Positions 1 through 11,788 of a stretch of DNA of 64,000 nt are shown here, piece after piece. A model generated the notes under the pieces. The model was not told the DNA's origin. It did no database searches and worked only from the letters and a program-made list of their open reading frames with translations. Position 1 is the first letter of the stretch. The number at the start of each line of letters is the position of its first letter. Source of the stretch: an uncultured Methanosarcinales archaeon. GTDB taxonomy: Archaea > Halobacteriota > Methanosarcinia > Methanotrichales > Methanotrichaceae. The stretch covers positions 10,360-74,359 of the forward strand of contig CAWCSK010000003.1 in the NCBI GenBank assembly GCA_963798205.1. The letters run 5' to 3'. The position numbers and the translations under genes were made by a program.

Positions 1-22
1 TCACCCTGACTCGGATGTCTCC

Positions 23-574
23 TTATTTCACTCTGGCCTTTTTGAGGTCAGAGACGAACTCTTCCATCAAATTTCTATTCCTCAAAACCGCAGCGGGATG
101 ATAAGTGATAAGAAAGCGGCCCTGTTGGATCTGTCCGCGCAAATTTGTTACGCCCTGCATACCCAGAACGGCCTGAGTTGCAGTGTTTCCCATCAGGCAG
201 ACAATTCTGGGATTTACCAGATCCATCTGGGCCTGCAAATAGGGGTGACATAGATTGATCTCTTCTTTCTTTGGCTTTCTGTTTTCCGGGGGGCGGCATT
301 TAACGACGCTGGTTATGAATATCTCTGACTTCTCCAGACCTGCCTGCAATAGGGCCTTATCCAGCAGCTTTCCCGCTCGCCCAACGAATGGCAATCCTTT
401 AAGATCTTCCTCCCGGCCAGGGGCTTCGCCCACCAGCATGATCTGTGCCGGAGACGGACCACTGCCGGGGACTGCGCATTTTCGGCCTAGCGATAAGGGA
501 CAGAGCTGGCATGTGCAGATCTTATCATGAAGAGTAGGGAGGTCTATTAAGCTCATGATAGTATGATCAATCAT
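23..574 (-). CDS. udg: Uracil-DNA glycosylase family 4
   Basis: CxxCxL Fe-S motif, GEAPG, PFVGRAG, VVKCRPPENRKP, TYHPAA. Confidence 0.93.
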   Translation of the reverse strand: MIDHTIMSLIDLPTLHDKICTCQLCPLSLGRKCAVPGSGPSPAQIMLVGEAPGREEDLKGLPFVGRAGKLLDKALLQAGLEKSEIFITSVVKCRPPENRKPKKEEINLCHPYLQAQMDLVNPRIVCLMGNTATQAVLGMQGVTNLRGQIQQGRFLITYHPAAVLRNRNLMEEFVSDLKKARVK

Positions 575-698
575 TTCGTCATTGATAATCTTTCTCCAAA
601 ATCAAAAAGCTGCTGGAAAATTTCCCGGAACCAATTTCTCGCTCGAGAACGAAAGGTTCTTATTTGCTCAAATCCTGTAGCGAAAGAGGAGGGTACTG

Positions 699-935
699 AT
701 GCAGTTTGCAGAGTGGACATATCCCCTGAGGAAGTTCGACGACATATATTATACAATTGAGAGGATTGTTTATGGCAAGGGCGAGCTGAAGGGCTTTACC
801 ACGGAAGATATATACAACAACCTGCGGGATAAACGATTTTTCCGGGACGTGCAGGATCTGAATCGATACTTACTGGAAAATGGAAGAAAATACAAGATCA
901 ATAAGATAGAAGCCGGCTGGGAGCGCTACTACTAG
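699..935 (+). CDS. Small hypothetical protein
   Basis: 78-aa ORF with a GAGGAGG RBS just upstream of the ATG; no family recognised. Confidence 0.55.
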   Translation: MQFAEWTYPLRKFDDIYYTIERIVYGKGELKGFTTEDIYNNLRDKRFFRDVQDLNRYLLENGRKYKINKIEAGWERYY

Positions 936-2208
936 CGCTTCATCGAGCCTTTTTCTGTGAAGTAGATATTCCGGTCATCGGTTCCGAGTTCCACGAATCT
1001 GCCCGTGGCCAGAATGCCGTGGCTATGCTTGAGCGGGGCCACCCTTACACCTGCAGCCACTACTGATTCAGGCGGCAATACGACATTCTCGCCAATTACG
1101 GCGACGCTTTTTCCTCCAAAACCATTTGATGACCCCAAAATGCTGTGCTCTTCCAGGGTGGAGTGGCGACCTACGATGGTACGGTTGATATTGACCCTGT
1201 GATGGATGTGGGCGAAGCTCATGATCATGCTCTCTCTGATCTCAACATTGCGATCGATGAGGCTGGTGTGGCCTATGTGGGAGTTCTCGATTACCACGCC
1301 CTTTTCGATGCTGCAGTTCCGGCCTATAGAGACGTTACCTTTCAGCAATATATCGCCCGCTTCAAGCATCGGCCCGATCTTGGCCAGCGTACTGGGATGA
1401 ATCCACTGATTGGGCTTATAGTGGTACTTGCGGTCAAAGTGTCTGACCCGGCCAGATAGACAGTCCATAGCCGCCTGATGCAGCCTTTCCGGCGTGCCTA
1501 TATCAATCCAATAACCAGATACAGGAAAACCGTAGACCGGATATCCATTCTCAGTCAGATAAGGGATCAGGTCGCCGCCTATATCCCGGGCTCTGTCGCC
1601 CATCTTGCCAGAACCTCGCGGATCTGGGGGGAGAAGAGATAGAAGGCCGTGTTTATCATGCGGCTCGGCTCACTTCCCGATTTTGGCTTTTCCACGAAGC
1701 CCCGAATGCGCATATCCTCGTCCATGCGCGCGACGCCGTAGGAAGAGATATTCTCGTCCGGCCCCAGCTCTTTCAGTGCTACTGTGAGCAGAGGCTTATG
1801 CTTCCGATGGAACTCGACGATGCTCTTCAAGTCGATGTCGATGAGGTTATCGCCCGAGACTACGAGCAGGTCGTCATTGATATCGAAATAGCTCATGCAG
1901 TAGCGCAGGGAATCGGCGTTGCCTTTATCGTCATAGAGCGGCTGGTAGCTGAAATCCTGGTGGTCGGTGATTCCCAGGCGTTTGAAGAAGCCCTCACCGG
2001 CTTTAAAATAGTTGCTCAGGTTGAGGGTGTTGCTGGCACCCTTGCTGCCCAGGATGAACCTGCGACAGCCTTGACTGGCCAAGACCCGGAAAAGATTGGC
2101 AATGATAGCCGTGTCACATAGTTCTACCAGGGGCTTGGGCTGGTCAAGCGTTAGGGGATATAGACGCGTTCCTGAGCCGCCAACGGTTGCGAGAACCTGG
2201 GGAAACAT
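932..2208 (-). CDS. NDP-sugar synthase / sugar-phosphate nucleotidyltransferase with hexapeptide C-terminus (frameshifted near 1600)
   Basis: GGSGTRLYPLT, PKPL, GFVEKP in 1579..2208; YWIDIGTPE and left-handed beta-helix repeats in 932..1603. Confidence 0.88.
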
Positions 2209-2268
2209 GGCTCACTATAGGTGCACAATGAATATTAAGACTATCCCTTCATTCAGCTTTTAGCTTCT

Positions 2269-2361
2269 TCAGTAGCCGCGCATGATCTTCATGATGATGC
2301 GGGCAATCATGAACGCGAGCACGAACAGAATTATGTAGAAAGCAATCGTTACTATATCCAT
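2269..2361 (-). CDS. 30-aa single-TM small protein
   Basis: Manual translation MDIVTIAFYIILFVLAFMIARIIMKIMRGY*; below the ORF-track cutoff; an in-frame upstream ATG at 2373 is possible. Confidence 0.55.
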   Translation of the reverse strand: MDIVTIAFYIILFVLAFMIARIIMKIMRGY

Positions 2362-2465
2362 AGCAGGGAGCATAGAGCTTTCTGGTTTATATCTTTGATT
2401 GAAGCAAAATGATCGGATTGCCTAAAATTTGTCAATTCAATATGATAATTCTTGAAATTATCATT

Positions 2466-2960
2466 TCAATCCTTTTTTGCCTTCTCCCCGTGGATCTCAC
2501 ATTCCTGGTTTCCCATCTCGCAGACCCGGCATATCTCTCGCTCTTCATCCAGATGACGGGTGGCTGTTGCCAGCACACTGGCATTCACGAGGTTCCCGGC
2601 CAGGAAGATGGCTGCAGCAATCTGTTCATCGGATACGCCCAGATTGGAGGCTACGTGGATATGCAGCTTCAGACAATGGCTGCACCTCATCGCGGCACTG
2701 ACAGCGACGGAGATGAGCTCGATGGTCTTCGCATCCAGGTTTGAGCTTCTCAGTATGGCGTTGTTGTGAAGAATCTTGGTTATAAGAAGCTCAGGATGGT
2801 CCTTCATGAAACCAAAAACATAAGGAACCTCTCCATAGGCGTTATCCACGGCCTTGATCATATCTTCCGCTGAATCATCCACGCCCCTTTCGATGATTCG
2901 TTCCAGGTCATCAACGAAACTCATATTTGCACCCCGGGTCCTACCCACGCGATTTACCAA
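2466..2960 (-). CDS. Carboxymuconolactone decarboxylase / AhpD-like protein (probable start MSFVDD at ~2924)
   Basis: ELISVAVSAAMRCSHCLKLH CxxC motif; C-terminal CxxC...CxxH. Confidence 0.85.
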   Translation of the reverse strand: MVNRVGRTRGANMSFVDDLERIIERGVDDSAEDMIKAVDNAYGEVPYVFGFMKDHPELLITKILHNNAILRSSNLDAKTIELISVAVSAAMRCSHCLKLHIHVASNLGVSDEQIAAAIFLAGNLVNASVLATATRHLDEEREICRVCEMGNQECEIHGEKAKKD

Positions 2961-2975
2961 ATAAGCTCCGGGTTC

Positions 2976-3901
2976 CTAAAAGACGAACCCGGTCTCGGAA
3001 CTGGGTAATATCCTTACCAGTATATAGTCTTTCATTCGCGACGGCCTGATGGTAGCAATCTCGCCGAGCTTCACTCCTTCGTCGAAGGTTACTGCCGCCA
3101 CCTTATCCTTGTAGCCTTCGTAGGGAAGCTTCACCCGGCATCCGGTGAGATTCAGGGCAATTGGCAGCGGCGAATAAGAGAACTCCACCTCCGGCACCTG
3201 CTCACGCACGGCATCCATGACTCGTGGCGGAGAGGTCGTGAGCGGGATCCTTAGCTATTGCGGTCCTGGTCTTATCAAGAGCCCTGCCGACAACCTCGAC
3301 GATCTTGTCCAGGGTTCCGATCTCCGTGGCCTTACGGGCTCTGTGAGCAACGCGGCCAATGGACGGAACATACTCGAAGGCATAGGGAAGGTCGCCCGCC
3401 ATGCATTTGCGGCCCGCCTGTGACGACGACAGGCACGCTGATGTTCCTGTAGAGGCACTCTTTCTTCTTAATGCACTCCTGGAAGTTGCCGAAGATGAAC
3501 ACGGCTGCATCATGTTCGTTTATTAATGCCGTCTCGTATTCATTTATCTGGGCGATCTCCCGGCCCACTCCTCTGGCCAGACCGAGCATGTTCGTCTTGG
3601 AGCCATGCCGGCGCAGGTATTCGGCAATATCGCAGGCTGTGTGAGGCAGATGGTGGATGGCCAGCGTCGGCGTCACAACCGCTACCTCTGTTCCTGCTAG
3701 AGGCGCTCTCACCAGCTCTCCTCTCAGCTCACGGCTCAGGGCTTCCAGCGCCGCCATGTCTTCCGAAGGAATCAAGATTAGCAGGATGATCTCGGTCTGT
3801 GTCACATTCTTCTGCAGTACATAGCCGCCCAGGTCCTCCACCAGCTCTACAACCAGGTCGTGCTTGTACAATCCTCCGGTGAACATCACAGGCTCAAGCA
3901 T
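2976..3901 (-). CDS. Methanogenesis marker protein 7 (frameshifted)
   Basis: TGGLYKHDLVVELVEDLGGY, HHLPHTACDIAEYLRR, GLARGVG; split over three frames; position in the marker operon. Confidence 0.9.
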
Positions 3902-4468
3902 TCTCCATCTCCCCGATCTTCTCCTTTATCTCCGAGATCATTTCCGGCTTAAGGCTCTCCTCAGCCGCTATGAAGAAGAAACTGTCTTTGGTCATAACGT
4001 TTCGACGATTGCGAAAGCCTTCCGGTGCTATTCTGACCAGGGCATCGGTCAGATCCTGCAGGAACTCTGCCTCCAGGTCCGCTACCATTAGATCGGCAGG
4101 CGACGCATCTGAGGCTATGATTACAATGTCTCTTGCCGGCTGTTCTACCCGCTCTCGGCCATAGTGGTTCCCCAGGACACGGAGCATGTCCGCCATATGC
4201 TCTTCATCATTGATCTTGACCTGATAGCCGCCCTGAACCTTCAGCACATCACCCACATCCTTGACGGTGAGTGGCGGAATGCCGGAACGAAGGAGCCCGT
4301 AGACGGCGAAAGACCGGCTTCATTGATGTCGACATAAACATACAGCTTGCCGATAGACCTGATGAGGCCGAGGTCCTGCAGAATGTCCATGATGAGTTCC
4401 CGGTACTTCTTAGCTCCGAACTCCTCCTGCCCCGTGACCTCTATCTTGAAGACCTCCATGGGGTCCAT
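3894..4468 (-). CDS. Methanogenesis marker protein 17 (frameshifted)
   Basis: YRELIMDILQDLGL...RIAPEGFRNR; lies between markers 15 and 7. Confidence 0.85.
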
Positions 4469-4469
4469 C

Positions 4470-5696
4470 TCAGCCCTCCAGCAGCCCCGAGACCAGGAGC
4501 GCGGCACCTACGGCGCCAATGTACTGGGCATACGGGGGAACCGTCACCTTGACCTGAAGAAGCTGCTCCATGGCCTTTGGCAGGCCCTCAATGAGCGAGG
4601 TTCCGCCTACCATGATCACGGGCTCCTTCACCTCGACTTCCTGCAGCTGCTGCTCGTAGACCTGCTCGGCTACAGAATGGCAGGCAGCCATGGCCACATC
4701 CTCCGGTTTTTTGCCCATGGATAGGCTATTGACCAGGCTTTGCGTGCCGAAGACTATGCAGTAGCTGTTCATGGCCACATTCTTGTAGTCTCCCTTCAGT
4801 GCCAGCTTTCCTAGCTCCGTGATGTCGACGCCAAGACGCCTGGCGGTCAGCTCCAGGAACCTTCCTGAGGCTCCGGCGCATATTCCTCCCATGGTGAAGC
4901 CGCCCGGAATTCCGTCCTGCACGGAAATGGCTTTGTTGTCCATGCCGCCAATATCGATAACTGTGGCAGGCCCCTTCTGAGTATCGGCCAAAAATACTGC
5001 GCCTTTGGAGTTGACGGTGATCTCCTCCTGGATGAGCTTGGCGTTGATGTCTTTGCCGACAAGAAAACGCCCGTATCCCGTTACACCCACCGCGGAAACC
5101 TCTTCCTTCTTGACGCCTGCCATCTTGAGAGCTGCCTGGTAGGCATCCTCGGCGCTCTTCAGGACCTCGGTAGTAGGAACCCAGCCGGTGCCTATCACCT
5201 TATTATCTCTCATTACTACGGACTTCGTCGTCGTGGAACCTGAGTCGATTCCTGCAGTGAGGCCGGTCTGTTTCTCGCGGGCCAGGAGACCTCTGTACTT
5301 GACAGTCGTGACCAGGGCTTCCATCCTGGTGAGCAGGGTCTCTGCCGTCGTCCTCTCTGTGAAGGAGTAGCTCAGGACGGGAATCTTGGAATGCTCGTGA
5401 ATGAACTTTCGAATCTCCGATCGAATGATGGCAGCCTCTGCGCAGCGGAAGCATGTCATAACAACAACGGCATCGGCCAGATCCGGGTTTTCTACGATCC
5501 GAACGGCCCGGGCCATAGCCAGGTTCAGGTCTCCGGAGGCAACACTGACGCCAAAAGTCTTCTCTACGCCGAGGATATCATCGAGAGTTACCTCAGGATA
5601 GACGATTTTCGCTCCCACTGTTTCTGCGGCTCGCTCAATCTCTTTTTGAATGCCGCTGTACTCCGAGCCGCAAGAGAGCTGGGCTATACGTATCAC
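4470..5696 (-). CDS. Methanogenesis marker protein 15 (BadF/BadG/BcrA/BcrD-like ATPase)
   Basis: [45 protein letters not shown]. Confidence 0.95.
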   Translation of the reverse strand: MIRIAQLSCGSEYSGIQKEIERAAETVGAKIVYPEVTLDDILGVEKTFGVSVASGDLNLAMARAVRIVENPDLADAVVVMTCFRCAEAAIIRSEIRKFIHEHSKIPVLSYSFTERTTAETLLTRMEALVTTVKYRGLLAREKQTGLTAGIDSGSTTTKSVVMRDNKVIGTGWVPTTEVLKSAEDAYQAALKMAGVKKEEVSAVGVTGYGRFLVGKDINAKLIQEEITVNSKGAVFLADTQKGPATVIDIGGMDNKAISVQDGIPGGFTMGGICAGASGRFLELTARRLGVDITELGKLALKGDYKNVAMNSYCIVFGTQSLVNSLSMGKKPEDVAMAACHSVAEQVYEQQLQEVEVKEPVIMVGGTSLIEGLPKAMEQLLQVKVTVPPYAQYIGAVGAALLVSGLLEG

Positions 5697-6130
5697 TTCA
5701 AACCCTCCAAAAAGGCGCGAATCTTCTTCACGAAGTCCCTGGCCTCGGCATCATTTGTAGGATATGATAGATCCAGGATAGGAACTCCTTTCGTCCTGAT
5801 GAGCAGCCTGACCAGCTCATTGGTTCTGGAGCATCCTGCGCAACCTGTCAGGCATCCGGGGTCCTGCACGATAATGGCCGCCTCTGCCTCTTCGATGAGG
5901 GGGCCAATCAGAGCCATGCGGCCCCGCACGCCGGAAGGAACATCCACTGCCGCATAGCGGAGACCCTTCTTCGGCTCCTCGGGAGTGACGTTCAAAGGCG
6001 GCGAATCGATCCCAATTTCAGTGACAAGCTTTCTCACAGCTTCAGGAACCACAAGCGCTTTGTGGCCCATCCTCTCCACGAGATCAGAGAGTATCATGCT
6101 GGTGGGAGGATAAACGATAACTTTTGCCAT
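5693..6130 (-). CDS. Methanogenesis marker protein 5
   Basis: [50 protein letters not shown]. Confidence 0.93.
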   Translation of the reverse strand: MAKVIVYPPTSMILSDLVERMGHKALVVPEAVRKLVTEIGIDSPPLNVTPEEPKKGLRYAAVDVPSGVRGRMALIGPLIEEAEAAIIVQDPGCLTGCAGCSRTNELVRLLIRTKGVPILDLSYPTNDAEARDFVKKIRAFLEGLK

Positions 6131-6145
6131 TGATTTACCTCAAGA

Positions 6146-6559
6146 TCATCCATCTTTAATTATCTCATCCAGCCTCTTGATCGAGAGTGGTTTCTTCTTT
6201 TCCGGAATGGTTTCTGTCTCCTCGCCTTCTGAGGCCAGCGCCCGGGAGATCATGGGCAGCATCTTAGACTCAGACTCGATCATGTAAAAGCCGGGTCTCG
6301 CTCCGCCGCCTCTTCGGCCGCGGCAGCGTCTGGGGTCGCCTGGCGGAAAGCCCCGGTCCTTGATGAATATGCCTGCCGGGTCCAGACTGCGGATCTCTTT
6401 TATCAGAGCATTTACTACATCCTCTTCGCCATTCACGATGACCCCAAAGCACGTCTCTTTTACAAGAACATCGTATTTCGAGCCATAAATCTTCATGGCA
6501 ATATCTGAGGGTAGAATATTCGACTCTGAGGAGGTTATCACATACTTTGTGACCAGCAT
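6146..6559 (-). CDS. Methanogenesis marker protein 6
   Basis: KETCFG, IFIKDRGFPPGDPRRCR, GGARPGF. Confidence 0.93.
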   Translation of the reverse strand: MLVTKYVITSSESNILPSDIAMKIYGSKYDVLVKETCFGVIVNGEEDVVNALIKEIRSLDPAGIFIKDRGFPPGDPRRCRGRRGGGARPGFYMIESESKMLPMISRALASEGEETETIPEKKKPLSIKRLDEIIKDG

Positions 6560-8082
6560 TATCGCTCCTCCAGAATGTAAATCGTCTCCCCTTCCAGGAC
6601 GCCCTTAAGCTTCTCCGGTTCCAGAACCCGGCCGATGATGTTTGTTGCCTCGAATTTCTCTCCTGACGGGCCGTAGCGTTTATCCTCTGTCAGCCTCACT
6701 CCCACGAGGCCTATCTTCTTTGACACCTGATTGGAAACGCCGATGGTGCCCGCAGGCACAATGCCGGATGGCTTATTCTCGGGCATCAAATCCTTGTAGC
6801 TGACCGCATCTATTTCCGGCTTGAAGAGCAGAGTATTTTCATAGACAAAATAGACAGGCAGTGGACCCACAGGCCTTTCTTTGAGGCCTGTGACATGCCG
6901 GAAATAGTCCAGAGTCTTGGGGGCTTGATCATCATAGAGCTGGATGGCTACGAGGCGGCTGGCAGGGATGGAAAAGAGCGTTACCTTCTTCTCTTTCAAA
7001 ATCGCCATCGTCGCTCCGGGCTCCTGCCTCACGACTACCGCATCCTCGCCAGCATAGCCTTCTACCTCTGCCTCAATGCCTCGCTCTTTCATCTGCTTCA
7101 AGGCTTCTTTCAGGCTCGTGCCCATGAGCATGATGCGTTCCGGCTTCACCTGTACAGTTATCAGCTGCCCGGGTTCTGCCAGCTTCACCATATCCATTCC
7201 GAGAGTGACGCGCGCCACAACGGAGTGGCTGGGGTTGCTGGTTCGATCTTGCTTATAGACGAATAGGCGGCCTAAGCCCCGTCCGCCGGTTCTTACGGTC
7301 ACCACTCCTTCCAGGCGCGGCTCACGGTGCTCAAAGGCTATGGGCTCCGTCAACAACTGATCACTGGAGATGTAAGAGCTGGAGACGGAATCGACCTTTA
7401 AGGTGCCTTCTCGGGTTAAGGCCAGGAAGAATTCCGCGCCCAGTGGGGCATCCTCAATGAGCTCCGCCTGGATCCGGGTGTAGATCTCCATGCCTTCTTC
7501 CAAAAGAAGAGTCAAGTCCCGGGTGGCCAGCTTTTCGGTCAGGTCCTGCCATTCCACGATGGGCTCGATTCCCTGGATCCTGTCGCCCGCCTCCAGCCGG
7601 TCCAGAGTATTCTTGCCGCCTACAACGTGGGCGAGCACACCACCATCTGGCGGGGTACCATAGGCTGCCGTATGCCTCCTCTGCACGAAGATGAGCTGAG
7701 TATTTTCCGCATCAAAACCTGCGGCACCAAGGACAATTTCCCAGCGGTTGTACTCGTGGGCATCACGGCCGAAAGAGAGATTGGATTTAAACGGCCCGAA
7801 GGCGATGGCGTCTGCCGAGGACCACCTTACACGAGACCCCTGGATCTTGTCCAGGTTCTCATGCCAGATCCCTGCAGACTCGCTTTCCAGAAGCTCGATT
7901 CTGAGTTTGCCTTTGGTGGTGTTGAGCCAGTAGGAGTTGGTCTGGCGCGACTTTTCCCCTCTGCCTTTGACCACCCCCACAATTGCGCCAGCGGCCGGAC
8001 TGGTGCCGGCCTCTTTCAGGGCATCAACCAGCCGTGCGCCAGCCACTAGCTCGATCTCTCTCTCATCGACGAAGACTTTCAA
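6559..8082 (-). CDS. Methanogenesis marker protein 3 (cyclophilin-like folds)
   Basis: AFGPF, APKTLDYFR, GPSGEKFEATNIIG; probable TTG start at 8082, coupled to atwA. Confidence 0.92.
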   Translation of the reverse strand: MKVFVDEREIELVAGARLVDALKEAGTSPAAGAIVGVVKGRGEKSRQTNSYWLNTTKGKLRIELLESESAGIWHENLDKIQGSRVRWSSADAIAFGPFKSNLSFGRDAHEYNRWEIVLGAAGFDAENTQLIFVQRRHTAAYGTPPDGGVLAHVVGGKNTLDRLEAGDRIQGIEPIVEWQDLTEKLATRDLTLLLEEGMEIYTRIQAELIEDAPLGAEFFLALTREGTLKVDSVSSSYISSDQLLTEPIAFEHREPRLEGVVTVRTGGRGLGRLFVYKQDRTSNPSHSVVARVTLGMDMVKLAEPGQLITVQVKPERIMLMGTSLKEALKQMKERGIEAEVEGYAGEDAVVVRQEPGATMAILKEKKVTLFSIPASRLVAIQLYDDQAPKTLDYFRHVTGLKERPVGPLPVYFVYENTLLFKPEIDAVSYKDLMPENKPSGIVPAGTIGVSNQVSKKIGLVGVRLTEDKRYGPSGEKFEATNIIGRVLEPEKLKGVLEGETIYILEER

Positions 8083-8083
8083 A

Positions 8084-9700
8084 TTAACTCCCCAGCATCT
8101 CCTTCTCTTCCTCTTCTGTAATCTTTGCCAGAACTTCATCGGGAAGGCCTGTGAAGATCGCCTTCCCATTGCGCATCAGCATGGCCCTGTCACAGACATT
8201 CTTAACAAAATCCATGTCGTGGCTCACAATTACGAACGTCTCGCCCAGCTCTTCCCGAGCATTGAGGATGGATTTTGTGACTTCTATCTTGGTTATGGCA
8301 TCCATGGTTCCCGTGGGCTCATCCAGGATGACTATTCGCGGCTCTTTTATCAATACCTGTGCCATAGCAACCCGGTGCCTCTCACCTTCAGATAGCTCAT
8401 CAGGCATCTTTTCAAGCACAGCCTCTGCCTGATCTTCACTAAATCCTACTGTCTCCAGAGTATGTATGGCTTTCCTCTCCGCCAGTTCAAAGGGCAGAGA
8501 TAGGCCAATGGCCTCGGTCAGGTTCTCGATAACGCTTCGGGAGGGATAAAGGGTGTACTCCTGGTGGAGAATGCCGATGTATTTGGTGGCGCGACCGCGA
8601 CCGTTAGGCCCTAAAACGGTCATGTCCACCCAATCGTCTCCTACCCGGACCGAGATGCTGCCGCCTGTGGGTGTGATAATCCCGCTCAACATCTTGGAGA
8701 GTGTAGTCTTGCCGCCTCCTGAGACGCCGACCAGGCCGAAGATCTCACCTTCATTTATTTCCAGGCTCGCATTATCCACAGCCTTCACCACACCCCGGTC
8801 GATGCTGATGTACCTCTTTGCCAGGCCGTTGGCCTTGATTATGGGCGCTCCTACCTCGACTTTTTCACGCAGCCCCAGCTCTCCTGCCATGGCCAGGAAT
8901 TGAGCCGCTACATCTTTTGGCTTGCCTTCCGCTTTGATCTCGCCCTGGTCCAGAAGGATCGCCCTTTGGGTCAGCTCAACCATGACATCTTCCCAGTGGC
9001 TGGTGATGATAAGGGTCATCTTGAAGTCACGAACGGCGCGCTTGATGGATTCGTGCACAACTTTGGCCGTAGCCGGATCGAGAGTTCCCGTGGGCTCATC
9101 TGCCAGGAGGACCATGGGCGACTTGGCGAGCTGGCGTGCCAGAACTACGCGCTGCTTTTCTCCGCCGGATAGCTCTCTGGCGACGTGCATCAGCCGGTGA
9201 GAGAGATTGACCTCATCCAGGAGGTCGGCGGCAACGTGAACGCTCATGGTGTCTCCTGTCTCCTCCACAGCCCGCATGACGTTCACTATCACTCTCTCAT
9301 CCCCGTAGAGAGCAAAGGTCCTTTGCAGCATTATGGCGATACGTCTTACAATATCGCGCCGCAGAGGATCGTTGATGTCCATGGCCACAAAATCGGCATC
9401 AATATGGTCCAGGACGCCTCCACACTTGCACTTCTCGCCGGTATGACTGGGCGGCTCCACATGGCGGCATTTATTGCACCTGGCCACATGGAAGATCACG
9501 CTTCCGCTCATGCCCGGGAATGACTCTACGCCACGCAAGACATGCATCAGTACGCTCTTGCCGGAGCCGCTCCTTCCCAAAATACCTACCGACTCGCCCT
9601 CCTCTATAACCAGATTTATATTGCGAAGAGCTACAACATCACCGAATCGAACTGTCAGATCCCGAATCTCGATAAAAGGTGCCAAACTATCATGCCCCAT
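8084..9700 (-). CDS. atwA: Methyl-coenzyme M reductase system component A2 (ABC-ATPase)
   Basis: Two ABC domains (GRSGSGKS, GVSGGGKT), Zn-finger insert, RIAIMLQRTFALY, LSEGERHRVA. Confidence 0.96.
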   Translation of the reverse strand: MGHDSLAPFIEIRDLTVRFGDVVALRNINLVIEEGESVGILGRSGSGKSVLMHVLRGVESFPGMSGSVIFHVARCNKCRHVEPPSHTGEKCKCGGVLDHIDADFVAMDINDPLRRDIVRRIAIMLQRTFALYGDERVIVNVMRAVEETGDTMSVHVAADLLDEVNLSHRLMHVARELSGGEKQRVVLARQLAKSPMVLLADEPTGTLDPATAKVVHESIKRAVRDFKMTLIITSHWEDVMVELTQRAILLDQGEIKAEGKPKDVAAQFLAMAGELGLREKVEVGAPIIKANGLAKRYISIDRGVVKAVDNASLEINEGEIFGLVGVSGGGKTTLSKMLSGIITPTGGSISVRVGDDWVDMTVLGPNGRGRATKYIGILHQEYTLYPSRSVIENLTEAIGLSLPFELAERKAIHTLETVGFSEDQAEAVLEKMPDELSEGERHRVAMAQVLIKEPRIVILDEPTGTMDAITKIEVTKSILNAREELGETFVIVSHDMDFVKNVCDRAMLMRNGKAIFTGLPDEVLAKITEEEEKEMLGS

Positions 9701-9902
9701 AAACTCATTGTAATGTAAGGTTCATCCGTGTACCAATTCATGGCACAATGCTACTTAAGTCTATCCGAAGCTTTAAATGTGCCCGGCTGATAACGATCGT
9801 TACAGCATTCGGTCCCGAAGATAACGGGATTCGGCGCCAGGGACAATTTCTTCATCTTGAAGGCTCACAATCAGGAGACTGGAGGGCCGGATCCTGGCAG
9901 AA

Positions 9903-10356
9903 TCAGTATCCACAAGCCTTTCCCGTTAGCTCCTCTATCTCGACTTTGATGATGACCGTGCTCTCCAGGGTCTCTTCGGAATAGGTGAAGGGTTCTTGGC
10001 GATAATGGCGCATTATCAGGTCCAGAGCCTCTGCCATATCATCTCGTTCCTCCACAATTCTTGCCAACCCGGATCCAATAACGCTCCTGTATCTCATGCT
10101 GCAGCGATCTATGGACCGGATCAGCTCTTGATCGATATCCATCTCAAAGCATAACCCGGCGATTATTGCGAATCATATCCAGCTTTCTTCCCTCCCTGGC
10201 AGAATGAAAGTAGACTGCCCCTCGCCGATACCCAAAGCAGAGCGGTACCACGTAAGGTTTGCCCCTGTCGCAAAATGCCAGCCTGCATATGTCTGCCCTC
10301 TGAATTATCGACTCAATTTCTCCGAGATCCGAGATCTCTCTATCCTTTCTTCTCAT
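9903..10356 (-). CDS. Pyridoxamine 5'-phosphate oxidase-like (NimA-type) flavin-binding protein (frameshifted)
   Basis: MRRKDREI, PYVVPLCFGY, YFHSAREGRKLD, YRSVIGSG, IEELTGK. Confidence 0.88.
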
Positions 10357-10587
10357 ATCATATCTCTACCTGCCGAATGTCTCTCTACCTTCTAAAACCT
10401 TGGCAAATTCCCATGCCCAAATGTGCCTTAAATGCGCCCTAACCTTAAGCCAAGAATAACCTTCGGAGAGATTAGACCAACCGAACTGAGGACATATTGA
10501 CCGGATCGTGATCAGAACTCGCGAGTCAGCATATAGATTTATACAAACAAGATCAATGTCTATCATATTCAATTGAAGGTATTAGCA

Positions 10588-11099
10588 ATGGAAACTCTGG
10601 ATGCTATCAAGACTCGCCGGAGCATCAGGAAATTTAAGCCTCAGCTTATCTCCCGCGAGACAATAAAAGAGCTGCTGGAGGCGGCAATGTTTGCGCCCTC
10701 CGCAGGAAACGAGCAGCCATGGCAGTTTGTGGTATTGGATGATCGTACGATTCTGGATGAAGTGCCGAGGATCTGCTCTACAGCCTCCATGTGCAGGCAG
10801 TCGACAACAGCAGTTCTGGTTTGTGGAGACGCGACACTGGAGAAGTATCCAGGATTTTGGGCGTTGGATTGTTCTGCTGCGGTGGAGAATCTTCTTGCTT
10901 GCCGCCCATGCCTTGGGTTTGGGGGCGGTTTGGGTTGGCGTCTATCCTCTGAGCGATCGGGTAGAGGCTTTCCGGAGGCTGCTCGCTTTGCCCCAGGGAG
11001 ATCACCCCATTTGCCCTGGTGGCGCTGGGATATCCGGATGAAGCGCCAGCTCAGCCCGAGAGGTACAAAGAAGAAAGGGTGCACTACAATGGATGGTAG
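10588..11099 (+). CDS. Nitroreductase family protein (frameshifted)
   Basis: AIKTRRSIRKF, APSAGNEQPWQF, LLAAHALGLGAVWVG. Confidence 0.9.
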
Positions 11100-11183
11100 A
11101 CGCCTATGGATCGATATGAATAACGCCCATTCAATTGTGTGGGGCAAGAAATTGAAGTATGAATTACGTGGGATGAGTTGTCA

Positions 11184-11750
11184 ATGAAAAAATCTCTGGG
11201 AGCGAAGACCCTACTATACCCCACGCCTGTTTGCGTGGTTGGAACCTATGACCCAGCGGGAAAGCCTAATGTAATGACTGCAGCCTGGGTGGGCATCTGT
11301 TGTTCCAGTCCGCCCTGCATCGCGGTCTCTCTTCGCAAGGCCACTTACACATACGGCAATATCATGGAGCGAAAAGCCTTCACGGTTAGCCTTCCAACTG
11401 AAGATCACGTCAAACAGGCGGACTATTTCGGCATGGCCTCCGGGAGGGATGAGGACAAATTTTCCAGGTCCGGCCTCACTCCGATGAAGGGCAAACTGGT
11501 GGATGCGCCATTTGTGAAAGAGTTTCCATTGGTTCTGGAATGCAAATTGCTTCATTCGATCGAGATAGGTCTGCATACAGAGTTCATCGGGGAGATCCTG
11601 GATGTAATGGCGGATGAGGAGTGTCTGGGACCGGACGGTCTCCCGGATATCGAGAAGATCAGACCGATTCTCTTCTCTCCGGATGGACGAGTGTACCACG
11701 GTGTGGGAAGACTTCTGGGCAAAGCCTTCTCCGTGGGAAGGGAGGTTTGA
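11184..11750 (+). CDS. Flavin reductase-like protein (flavoredoxin)
   Basis: [48 protein letters not shown]. Confidence 0.92.
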   Translation: MKKSLGAKTLLYPTPVCVVGTYDPAGKPNVMTAAWVGICCSSPPCIAVSLRKATYTYGNIMERKAFTVSLPTEDHVKQADYFGMASGRDEDKFSRSGLTPMKGKLVDAPFVKEFPLVLECKLLHSIEIGLHTEFIGEILDVMADEECLGPDGLPDIEKIRPILFSPDGRVYHGVGRLLGKAFSVGREV

Positions 11751-11788
11751 AATCGCTCCACTTCCATTCTTCCCATATTACTCCCTGT

